62,950 bases of DNA from Patescibacteria group bacterium (GTDB lineage: Bacteria; Patescibacteriota; Microgenomatia; UBA10105; UBA927), in contig JBBTUH010000001.1 of the NCBI GenBank assembly GCA_038063875.1, forward strand, positions 1 to 62,950. Reading direction: 5' to 3'. Below are positions 6,961 to 15,685 of this stretch, one piece after another (position 1 is the first letter of the stretch; every line of letters starts with the position of its first letter). The notes beneath the pieces were generated by a model that searched no databases, was not told the origin of the DNA, and saw only the letters and a program-made list of their open reading frames with translations. Position numbers and translations under genes: made by a program.

Positions 6961-9900
6961 ATGAGAACCCACACACGAGAGCACAAACTATTATCCGCGC
7001 TAACAAGCATAGTCATGCTTGTGCAGCCGTTACTTCCTTCGTTTTCTATTCTTTCAGAAAAAGTTTTTGCTCTGGAACCAGAACCAGCTGTAGTTGAACA
7101 AACAACGCCAACGCCAGAGCCAACCGCAGAAACGACACCAGAAACTATTGCACCTACACCAACAGAAGAAGTTACTCCTAGCCCTACAGTCGAAGTCACA
7201 CCGACACCTGTTGAGCAAGTAAGTCCAACACCAACAGTCGAAGTCACACCGACACCTTCCACAGAGCAAACGCAACCAAACTCAGGAGAAAATATATCCC
7301 AGCAAACCAACGGCCCACCTTCACCCGCCGAAGCCTCGGCGCAGGAGGACGCAGAACAGGGTCAAATCCTTGATGGCGTATCCACAGCTTTACCCGCCGA
7401 AGCTTCAGCGAAGGAGGGCACACCTACGCCCACCATAGCAGTAGAAGAGCCCACAGAAGCAGGCAACCTCCAAGCAGTAATTTTACAAAACGTAGAAGCA
7501 GACTCACTAAACCTCGACAATGTCGATCCAAATACGAGTGCAAGTCTAACGACAGATAAAGCTGACTACGCACCAACCGATACTGCACTTATTACCGGCA
7601 CAGGATTTTTGGCAAACCATACCTATAAACTAACGGTCAGCTCCGACGACACGCCAGCCACCTCAACCACGGTTGAGATCACGACCGATGACACCGGCTC
7701 ATTCGTCTACGCCTACCAGCTCGACGGCATCTACCGGCCGAATTATAAAGTTGAAGTTAAGGATGGGGAAGTAATTGTAGCCTCAACAAGTTTTACTGAT
7801 GCACAAGTGCAACAGGAAGGTTCTTATAATTTAGATCAAGGTAAAAATGGAGGTAACGTTGGTGTTAATCCAATCAGCCCTGTCGAATGGGTGAACGGTA
7901 ATCTTAATGAAAATCAAGCACATTATCAAGAAGGCCAGTCAGTTGCTTATCGAGTAATTTTATCTGACCTACCTACGGGAGTTGATAATACTGTTAAAAT
8001 TGAATGGGACATCCGCCAGAGTTCGCAAAATGCGATAGACTATATCACTGGTCCGCAACGAATTGCAGAAACTGTCGACCCCACTACTGGAGTGGCAGGA
8101 TTTGGCGCAGCTAGTTACTGGCCGATTCCAGCGCCAACTACTAACGCTACTCGAATTACAAGCTTTAACGCACTTCCCAACGACAATAACAACAAAAATC
8201 TTTGGGCTTACAATGTCAGCGATGTTAGCTTTGGATACTATGTTAATGGCTCTGATGCAGAAGCAAATACAAGTTCTTCAATTAACATTACATTCACACC
8301 CACCAGTCCGACAGTAGTGTTAGCATGGGGTGGACATATTGCATCTGAAACGGATTGGGGTATCGGTAACGGCGCAACCGGCGTTCCAGGATCACCTTAT
8401 CATTCACGTATTTTAGAATTGTGTAATGGAACACCATCGGTTTGTGGTGGAGGAAACCAAGATAGATCACTCTCAGCGGGTGCAGTCGTGACACAACCAC
8501 AAGGTTCAATTACTATAGTTAAAGTTGGGAATGGAGTTAATTCACAAGATTTTGGCTTTGATACAACCGGTGGTTTATTTGCAAACGAAACTTCTTCACC
8601 GGAATTTTCTCTGGATGACGATGGGGATAATACAAACATCCTATCAAACACGCGAACATTCTCGACTCTTTCTGCCGGTACATACTCAGTGACAGAAGTT
8701 GCCACGGACGGCTGGACACTCGCAAGCGCAACATGTAGTGATGGAAGTCCAGTGTCTGCAATATCTCTCCAAGAAGGAGAAACCACTACCTGTACCTTCA
8801 CCAATACATTCAACACCGGTTCGATAAAAGTGAATAAGATGGTTGATGCAAACGGAGATGGGGACTACCTAGACTCTGGTGAAGGAGTCAACGGCACGGC
8901 TTCCGCGCCATTTACTTGGACGTATCGCGGAATCGGACCAAACATAATGGGAGCAACGCAAACATCTCTTACAAGTGGTACCGGATCCTTAAGTGAAAAT
9001 ACTGTTACAAACTATCATCTGGTTGGTTGGTTTGAAGTTACACCAAGCACAACATATTCCTGTACCAACTTACCTGTCGCAACAGCCAACCATACGCTCC
9101 CCGCATCTATTGATATATTAACGAACCAAACCGTCGAAATCACGATTTGTAATGCCTTAGACACTGCCAAAATCAGAGTCACCAAAAATCTCATTACAGC
9201 CAATGATCCGGGAAGATTTAATCTACTCATTGACGGAGTAGAATATGCCACCAACGTCGGCGACCTTGGTACAACTGGTTTCATCACGGTACCTCTTGGC
9301 GTTCACACTGTATCCGAAACTGCAGTGACTCCTACATCTCTGGGCAATTACAATGTCAGCTTCACACCGCCTTGTGGTCTTAGCGGCCAGGTGGCAGTGA
9401 CTGCGGGTCAAGAAATAACCTGTCTCATCAATAATGGAAGGAAAGAAAGCTTAGTCACAGTCAACAAGCAAGTCGATACCGATGGGAACGGCTCATGGGT
9501 TAAAAATCCAGCAACCTTTACATGGACACTAAACGGAGGTTCATCAAATGCCATGGGCAACACTGTCACTTTTCCCTTCACCCAGGGAGCTACCGTTTCT
9601 ATCACTGAAAATACGGTACCGGGATATCATTTCATCGGCTGGTTCGACACCTTCAATACTGGTGGATTTAGCTGCAGTAATCTACAGCACCCAACGACCA
9701 CATTACCTATTACCTATACAGATGATGGACCATTGGGTTCAAACAGAAACATCACTCTGTGTAATGTAGTTGATGCAGGTTCAATTTCAGGATATAAATA
9801 TGATACAACTAGCGGGCTTGGTCTTTTGGGTTGGATAATTTCACTCTTAAATAATACTTCCAGCGCAACTACTTCCACCTCCACAGCTGCAGACGGTTCG

Positions 9901-12900
9901 TATTCATTTGCCAATCTATTCCCAAGCACCTATACTCTAAGCGAATCATTTCCAATTTTAGGTAGCTGGACTCAAACCGAAGCACCAACAAATCCGATTA
10001 CGCTTTCTGCAGGTCAAGTTGTAACTGGTCAGAATTTTAGAAACTTCCAAAACGTCTCAATTTCTGGACAAAAGTTTAATGATTTGGATGGAGATGGAAC
10101 AGAAGATGCAGGAGAGCCAGGACTTGCCAACTGGACAATTTATATAGACACCAATAATAATGGGTCATTGGATTCAGGTGAAACTTCAACCACCACAGAC
10201 GCAAATGGGGACTATTCGCTTACAAATGTTGGACCGGGAACTTATAAAGTACGTGAGGTGGTTCAAACCGGCTGGACCCAAACCTCAGCCAATCCCAGTG
10301 ACATTACAACAGCCTCGGGGCAAAATGTAATAGGAATCGATTTTGGAAACTTCAACTTAGGACAGATTTCAGGTAAAAAATATAGTGATTTGAATGGAAA
10401 TGGCGAGGATAACGAAGGCGAACCTGGACTTTCAGGTTGGACTGTTTACATTGACACCAATGATAATGGAAGCTTGGATTCAGGTGAAACTTCAACAACT
10501 ACAGGTGCCAACGGAAGCTATACTTTATCTAATTTAGGTCCTGGAACATACACTATTCGTGAAGTTGGGCAAACAGGCTGGACTCAAACCGATCCAACGG
10601 CTATTGATACGGGTGTTGGTGGGCAAGCGAATGGAAGCTATGTGGTAACAATGACCAGTAATGGTAATAAAACTCAGCGAAACTTCGGCAACCGCGGCAA
10701 CCTCTCCATCACCGCCTGTAAATATGAAGACAGTAACGGAACGCAAAATGGCGGAAACTTTACCCCAGTTAGTAACTGGAACTTTACCCTAGGTCAAACC
10801 ATTCAAAACACGGTAGATGATAACTGCACCACTTTTGAGAATCTCACCCCAGGCACCTATGATGTTAGTGAGTTACCTGTTCGCGATGGTTGGTACGTCG
10901 CCGACGACTCACAGGGCAGCCGCAGAGTCGTCCTGACTGACGAAAACCAACTCGTAAACTTCTACAACTACCAAAAAGGGGAGATTTCCGGCACCAAGTG
11001 GAATGATGTGAATAGCAACGGAGAATGGGAGTATTGGAATGATGAACCCACCTTGTCGGATTGGCACATTCAGTTATTTGAAAATGATGACGGAGTTAAA
11101 GGCGCACAGGTAGGTGCAGACCAAATTACCACTTCTGATGGTGACTTCTCATTTGCCGATATCAACCCCGGAGATTACTTGGTCTGTGAAGTTCTTCAAG
11201 ATGGCTGGACTCAAACCTATCCAGACTTTGATCAGAACTCTCCCAACTGCCACGAAGTTACCGTTACTTCAGGTCAAGAATATGGGGGTAATGACTTCGG
11301 CAATTTCAAACTCGGCCAAATTTATGGCTACAAATACGAGGATACTGATGGCGATGGCTATTGGGATGAGGGAGAATCCGGAATAGAAGATTGGCAGATT
11401 TGTCTTAACGGCGATGAAGACTGCACCTATACCGACGAGGATGGTTACTTCGAATTTACAGGTCTGGAATATGGCTACTACGAGCTAACCGAAGACGAAA
11501 CCAATCCCGATTATCAGCGCACCCAGCCGGAAACCAACTCTACTGAAATCTTGATCGAGTCCGGCACAGGTTTTGGCGACGGTGATGCGTACTACTTTGG
11601 CAATGCACCTTTGACCGATATTGGCGGCTACAAATGGAGTGACGAAAATGGTAATGGCAGAAGAGATTGTACGTTCAACGATGATACTGATGAAAGTACA
11701 GAATGCGAAAATATCCTTGGCGGCTGGACCATCTTCCTCGACGAAAACGGCAATGAACAGCTGGACGAAGATGAAAATTCGACCACCACCGAGGATAGCA
11801 CACAGAGCGATAACTTTGGTCGATACTCGTTCTTTGACCTTTTACCCGGTGATTACTCCATCTGCGAAGTTAGGCAGGATGGATGGAATCAAACCTACCC
11901 ACTTGGTGAGGAGACCTACTGCCACAACATCACCGTCCCCAATGATGACGAGGAATATAACTTTGGCAACCAACTCCAAAATCCTATTGTCACGATCACC
12001 AAGGTAAATGATGCGACGGGAGATAAAGCGCCGGGAGATTCTGTGCTCTTTACCTTGACGGTTACCGCCACACAGAGTGCCGCATACAACGTAAACGTCA
12101 CAGACTTGCCAGCCAATGGATTTAGCTATATATTAGGATCATGGACTGCCAACTCTACGACTCGTGGCGACCTTAAGGCCTCTGCAATCACCACAGAACC
12201 TACATACGCATCCCCCGGAGTATGGCAACTTGGTGATATGGCAATAGACGAAACCGTGACACTCACCTACAGTGCAAAAATCAGTAACGACCAAAAAGCC
12301 GGCACGTACAAAGATCTTGCGTGGGCAGTGGGATGCCGCACTGATGCAGCATGTGCAGTGGGAGACAGTAATGCAGTATTAGCAACCGCCATCAACCCAG
12401 GATTTATCGATGAGCAATATGTCGGCACGACCATCACGATCAACAAAGATACACAAAATAGCGGCTCGCTTAGTGCAAAGATTGGTGATGTATTAGGTGC
12501 GTCCACAGAATTACCAGCAACAGGTGCGGACAACGTATGGCTTCTTTTTATCGGCCTTTTGTTTATCGCAGGATTGGCACTCATACTACAGGGACGATCA
12601 CAGAAGAAAGGCACATCTATGTTTCACAAATTCACACATATGACGATGCTTACCATCACAGCACTCGTTCTTGCAACCACATTTGCAGGTCAAGTTTCTG
12701 CAGCATCGTTAAACATCCGCGTCTCACAACCAAAAAGTCCAACGAATCAGAGTAGTTTTCCAGTCTCCTACGTCGCCCTTGATTACAACGATAATCCTGT
12801 AGCTATTGAGTGTTCTAAAAAATCACCAACTGATGGTAGCTTTGTACCGTTTGGTCCTATACAAAATCTCGGCAACGGTGGCAATAGTGGTACCTGTGAA

Positions 12901-13599
12901 GTGACCAGTGCAATCATGACTGACAACGGCACCTACGAGTTTAAAGTAACAGCATCAAATGGCGTTGACGTACCTGTTTTTGCTACCACATCTGTCGCAT
13001 ATAACACCAGTGGCCCAGGAGATGTGAAAGACTATCAAAAGAACAAAACAAACACTTGTGAATACACAGTTCACTTCAAAACAGCCAATGACGCAGGCAA
13101 GACCGTGAAAGTAGAAGTGTACCGCTCAGAAAACACGAGCTTTACGGCAGATGCGGGATCACGTATCGCAACTATAAACATCGGCTCAGACACAGCGCAC
13201 GATTTCACCAACACGCCTCCTGATTGTAGTAAGACGTACTACTACGCAACCCGCGCATTTGATAGCGCAGGCAACGGATCAGCAGTGGTTGGTGACAGCA
13301 TTACGGTAACGACCACGACCACGTCATCTACATCTGGCGCGTCAGGAACAGCAGGTGCGATTGCGTCTGGCAATCAAGGCGGCAACATCTTAGGTCAAAC
13401 AACCCAATCAGATGGAGCGACTGGTACAACCGGTACAGGTGAGACGCTAGGGGAAACAAGCCCAAGTGCAGACGTTGTCCCTCCACAAACACCTGCCAAA
13501 CAGAGGAATCAAAATCGTGTCCTGACATGGGTTGGTGCTATACTTTTACTCGGAGCACTACTCTATGTCGCCTTCAAGAAAAAATCCACCACCGCCTAA
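6961..13599 (+). CDS. giant cell-surface adhesin-like protein with an internal LPATG sortase signal
   Basis: ORF 6949..13599; the ATG at 6961 gives signal peptide MRTHTREHKLLSALTSIVMLVQPLLP. Domain order: PT-rich linker; prealbumin/SpaA-like modules (ATCSDGSP...TTCTFTN); several SdrD-B/Cna-B-like modules (DLDGDGTEDAGEPGLANWTIY...TDANGDYSL..GPGTYKVRE); a DUF11-like repeat; LPATG plus TM plus RSQKK; then a second signal-peptide-like segment, Ig-like domains, an S/T/G stalk and a C-terminal TM. Confidence 0.85.
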   Translation: MRTHTREHKLLSALTSIVMLVQPLLPSFSILSEKVFALEPEPAVVEQTTPTPEPTAETTPETIAPTPTEEVTPSPTVEVTPTPVEQVSPTPTVEVTPTPSTEQTQPNSGENISQQTNGPPSPAEASAQEDAEQGQILDGVSTALPAEASAKEGTPTPTIAVEEPTEAGNLQAVILQNVEADSLNLDNVDPNTSASLTTDKADYAPTDTALITGTGFLANHTYKLTVSSDDTPATSTTVEITTDDTGSFVYAYQLDGIYRPNYKVEVKDGEVIVASTSFTDAQVQQEGSYNLDQGKNGGNVGVNPISPVEWVNGNLNENQAHYQEGQSVAYRVILSDLPTGVDNTVKIEWDIRQSSQNAIDYITGPQRIAETVDPTTGVAGFGAASYWPIPAPTTNATRITSFNALPNDNNNKNLWAYNVSDVSFGYYVNGSDAEANTSSSINITFTPTSPTVVLAWGGHIASETDWGIGNGATGVPGSPYHSRILELCNGTPSVCGGGNQDRSLSAGAVVTQPQGSITIVKVGNGVNSQDFGFDTTGGLFANETSSPEFSLDDDGDNTNILSNTRTFSTLSAGTYSVTEVATDGWTLASATCSDGSPVSAISLQEGETTTCTFTNTFNTGSIKVNKMVDANGDGDYLDSGEGVNGTASAPFTWTYRGIGPNIMGATQTSLTSGTGSLSENTVTNYHLVGWFEVTPSTTYSCTNLPVATANHTLPASIDILTNQTVEITICNALDTAKIRVTKNLITANDPGRFNLLIDGVEYATNVGDLGTTGFITVPLGVHTVSETAVTPTSLGNYNVSFTPPCGLSGQVAVTAGQEITCLINNGRKESLVTVNKQVDTDGNGSWVKNPATFTWTLNGGSSNAMGNTVTFPFTQGATVSITENTVPGYHFIGWFDTFNTGGFSCSNLQHPTTTLPITYTDDGPLGSNRNITLCNVVDAGSISGYKYDTTSGLGLLGWIISLLNNTSSATTSTSTAADGSYSFANLFPSTYTLSESFPILGSWTQTEAPTNPITLSAGQVVTGQNFRNFQNVSISGQKFNDLDGDGTEDAGEPGLANWTIYIDTNNNGSLDSGETSTTTDANGDYSLTNVGPGTYKVREVVQTGWTQTSANPSDITTASGQNVIGIDFGNFNLGQISGKKYSDLNGNGEDNEGEPGLSGWTVYIDTNDNGSLDSGETSTTTGANGSYTLSNLGPGTYTIREVGQTGWTQTDPTAIDTGVGGQANGSYVVTMTSNGNKTQRNFGNRGNLSITACKYEDSNGTQNGGNFTPVSNWNFTLGQTIQNTVDDNCTTFENLTPGTYDVSELPVRDGWYVADDSQGSRRVVLTDENQLVNFYNYQKGEISGTKWNDVNSNGEWEYWNDEPTLSDWHIQLFENDDGVKGAQVGADQITTSDGDFSFADINPGDYLVCEVLQDGWTQTYPDFDQNSPNCHEVTVTSGQEYGGNDFGNFKLGQIYGYKYEDTDGDGYWDEGESGIEDWQICLNGDEDCTYTDEDGYFEFTGLEYGYYELTEDETNPDYQRTQPETNSTEILIESGTGFGDGDAYYFGNAPLTDIGGYKWSDENGNGRRDCTFNDDTDESTECENILGGWTIFLDENGNEQLDEDENSTTTEDSTQSDNFGRYSFFDLLPGDYSICEVRQDGWNQTYPLGEETYCHNITVPNDDEEYNFGNQLQNPIVTITKVNDATGDKAPGDSVLFTLTVTATQSAAYNVNVTDLPANGFSYILGSWTANSTTRGDLKASAITTEPTYASPGVWQLGDMAIDETVTLTYSAKISNDQKAGTYKDLAWAVGCRTDAACAVGDSNAVLATAINPGFIDEQYVGTTITINKDTQNSGSLSAKIGDVLGASTELPATGADNVWLLFIGLLFIAGLALILQGRSQKKGTSMFHKFTHMTMLTITALVLATTFAGQVSAASLNIRVSQPKSPTNQSSFPVSYVALDYNDNPVAIECSKKSPTDGSFVPFGPIQNLGNGGNSGTCEVTSAIMTDNGTYEFKVTASNGVDVPVFATTSVAYNTSGPGDVKDYQKNKTNTCEYTVHFKTANDAGKTVKVEVYRSENTSFTADAGSRIATINIGSDTAHDFTNTPPDCSKTYYYATRAFDSAGNGSAVVGDSITVTTTTTSSTSGASGTAGAIASGNQGGNILGQTTQSDGATGTTGTGETLGETSPSADVVPPQTPAKQRNQNRVLTWVGAILLLGALLYVAFKKKSTTA
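7072..7270 (+). repeat. Pro/Thr/Glu/Val-rich low-complexity linker with an exact 24-nt duplication
   Basis: acagtcgaagtcacaccgacacct occurs at 7186-7209 and again at 7234-7257, a 48-nt period. It encodes TVEVTPTP. Confidence 0.8.
10060..10690 (+). repeat. tandem duplicated SdrD-B-like modules within the giant ORF
   Basis: ISGQKFNDLDGDGTEDAGEPGLANWTIYIDTNNNGSLDSGETSTTTDANG... is followed by ISGKKYSDLNGNGEDNEGEPGLSGWTVYIDTNDNGSLDSGETSTTTGANG.... Long near-identical nucleotide runs are shared, e.g. ggattcaggtgaaacttcaac. Confidence 0.8.
12511..12609 (+). other. LPXTG-type cell-wall sorting signal (LPATG, hydrophobic helix, RSQKK) internal to the giant ORF
   Basis: The codons tta cca gca aca ggt at 12511-12525 encode LPATG. 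ADNVWLLFIGLLFIAGLALIL and QGRSQKK follow. A sortase gene lies directly downstream of the ORF. Confidence 0.8.
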
Positions 13600-14188
13600 A
13601 AGATCGTATGGCGTACGTGTGGGATGGATACTCATAGGTATTTCTATACTTCTTACACTTTTTACGTATGGCAAGATTCTCTACGAAGAACTCCGGTATC
13701 AAACCACGAAATACGTGCCAGCACGTATAACGAAAGAACTACCACCCATAGACACTGACTTTGGCATCGTCATTCCAAAAATTGGCGCCAACGCAAAAGT
13801 GATAAAGGATGTCGATCCGTATAACAGCCGCGTCTACCAACAAGCGCTTACCCAAGGCGTCGCGCATGCCAAAGGATCAGCAGTACCAGATAACGAAGGC
13901 AACGTCTTTTTGTTTTCTCATTCATCAGTCAATTTCTATGAAGCACTACGGTACAACTCTATTTTCTATCTTCTCAACAAGCTAGAAAGTGATGACACCA
14001 TCGATCTCTACTATCAAAACAAAAAGTACAGCTATCGTGTGACCAAAAAAGAGATTGTCGCATCAACAGCAGTGGAGTATTTGTTACCTACAAACGGAAA
14101 AGATGCATACACCCTGACCCTTATGACCTGTTGGCCTCCGGGGACATCATTTAAACGTCTCATCATAACGGCAACACGTACCCCATAA
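13565..14188 (+). CDS. sortase-family transpeptidase
   Basis: N-terminal TM anchor, conserved His region VFLFSHSS, catalytic TLMTCWPPG (TLxTC) and a C-terminal Arg (RLIITATR). The ORF opens at TTG 13532. The ATG at 13565 is preferred; it overlaps the end of the giant ORF. Confidence 0.85.
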   Translation: MSPSRKNPPPPKRSYGVRVGWILIGISILLTLFTYGKILYEELRYQTTKYVPARITKELPPIDTDFGIVIPKIGANAKVIKDVDPYNSRVYQQALTQGVAHAKGSAVPDNEGNVFLFSHSSVNFYEALRYNSIFYLLNKLESDDTIDLYYQNKKYSYRVTKKEIVASTAVEYLLPTNGKDAYTLTLMTCWPPGTSFKRLIITATRTP

Positions 14189-14202
14189 TCGACATACCTT
14201 CT

Positions 14203-14736
14203 ATGACGGAAATACTATTTATCATGGTGCAGCTTCTCTTTGCTAGTTTGTTTCTGTTTCTTTGTATCGCGTTTGCTACAGGTGCGCCGTTTGTACCATC
14301 AAACAAAGGCGCGAGTGAGGCGATGATCCGACTCGCAAAAATAAAGAAGGGAACGCGCATAGTCGACCTTGGCAGTGGGGACGGCAGACTCCTTATTCTC
14401 GCAGCCAAGCAAGGTGCCCTAGCACAAGGATTTGAGATCAATCCATATTTAGTGCTCCTGACCCGTGTCAGAGCCCTTTTTGGGCACTACAAAGGCTCAA
14501 TGAAGGTCTCTTGGGGTAACCTCTGGAAAGCATCGATTTCTGACGCTGACGTCGTATTTGTCTACCTCTTACCATGGCGGATGGAGGAGTTAGCCGCCAA
14601 GCTCAAAAGCGAATTACGATCAGGGACACTGGTTATCTCAAACAGCTTTATCTTTCCTGACTGGAAGATCCACGAGAGCGATACAAAGGCGCATATTTAT
14701 GCCTTCAAACTCCCTATGGGAAAACGTAAAAATTAG
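14203..14736 (+). CDS. class I SAM-dependent methyltransferase with N-terminal TM helix
   Basis: Motif I is VDLGSGDGRLLILAA. It is preceded by APFVPS and a hydrophobic N-terminus, a layout reminiscent of membrane-anchored lysine methyltransferases. Confidence 0.65.
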   Translation: MTEILFIMVQLLFASLFLFLCIAFATGAPFVPSNKGASEAMIRLAKIKKGTRIVDLGSGDGRLLILAAKQGALAQGFEINPYLVLLTRVRALFGHYKGSMKVSWGNLWKASISDADVVFVYLLPWRMEELAAKLKSELRSGTLVISNSFIFPDWKIHESDTKAHIYAFKLPMGKRKN

Positions 14737-14739
14737 TGG

Positions 14740-15540
14740 TTATTCCGTAGCCCACAGCACATGGGTGAGGACTTTGTTGCCATGACCGAAATCTTTCTCA
14801 AAGACTGCCACTCTGCCATTGTCACGGATGCGCTTGCCCCATTGACGTGGATCGTCTAGAAGCTCTGAAAGAAAGGCAGGGTTGCCCGCTTGACCGTTTG
14901 ATGGTGTGCTCAACACCTGATTGATTGTGGTAAACGTGTCCAAATGCTCATATATCGTCATGAGCATATCGTAGTCATGGGTGTTTGGGTGCTCATTACT
15001 GGGTGGTCCCAGAGGGTTACTCGTATAATCCATACAGGTTCCCAAATTTGCATTATCAAATGTTTCATCTTGATGATCGAGTCCAAATCCATGCGCAATT
15101 TCTTGACACATCACCAATCGTTTCCATGCTGGTGTATTGTATGGAAGCGTACTAAAGTAAGTATCATTCATTTTTGCCACTGCTTGGGTGATGTGCGTAC
15201 CACCAATAATCCAAATTTGCGCAATCCCAAGCCACCCATTATTGCCATATTTTGCGTTACAGACTTCCATGCGACCATTGGTCGGACGACAATTTTTAGC
15301 TCTCGTCCCACCCGCAACAATCGTCGTATCTAAGACTGACGACCCACTCCAATCACTCGATGCTTCTATAAGGTATGCATCCCATACAGACGTGACATTG
15401 TCTCCTAGCTTCAATGTAAAGGGATTACTCGTTCGCGCCCAGTGATACCCACCCCATGAATGATTAGCCGAAACTTGAAAAGGAAGAAACGCCATTAGGA
15501 GAAAAAGAAAACTAAGAAGTATGAGAGAGGTAATTTTCAT
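14740..15540 (-). CDS. secreted metzincin-like protein with a variant zinc motif (QEIAHGFGLDH)
   Basis: Signal peptide MKITSLILLSFLFLLMAFLPFQVSA. The motif at aa 146-156 has the HExxHxxGxxH spacing but Q in place of the first His. Confidence 0.5.
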   Translation of the reverse strand: MKITSLILLSFLFLLMAFLPFQVSANHSWGGYHWARTSNPFTLKLGDNVTSVWDAYLIEASSDWSGSSVLDTTIVAGGTRAKNCRPTNGRMEVCNAKYGNNGWLGIAQIWIIGGTHITQAVAKMNDTYFSTLPYNTPAWKRLVMCQEIAHGFGLDHQDETFDNANLGTCMDYTSNPLGPPSNEHPNTHDYDMLMTIYEHLDTFTTINQVLSTPSNGQAGNPAFLSELLDDPRQWGKRIRDNGRVAVFEKDFGHGNKVLTHVLWATE

Positions 15541-15685
15541 AACACTCTAGTATATAACCCTTATTATCATGAGTGTATGTATGATCTATAGTACTTGTCA
15601 AGTAATCCATTCGAGCTCCATTCAACATCCCTTAACAAACTCAACTATCTACACTATAATAGATCTATAGTTCGTCATCTTCATT

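Noticed and set aside
6918-7310. Antisense ORFs (130 aa and 73 aa) opposite the start of the giant adhesin gene.
   Set aside because: They are Gly/Val/Cys-rich mirror translations of the PT-rich repeat region. This is an artefact of low-complexity sequence on the opposite strand of a well-supported gene.
13480-13599. VPPQTP followed by a TM helix and KKK at the C-terminus of the giant ORF, considered as a possible VPXXXP-CTERM-type sorting signal.
   Set aside because: An 11-residue polar spacer separates the motif from the helix, and no cognate sorting enzyme is evident. It is treated as a plain C-terminal membrane anchor.
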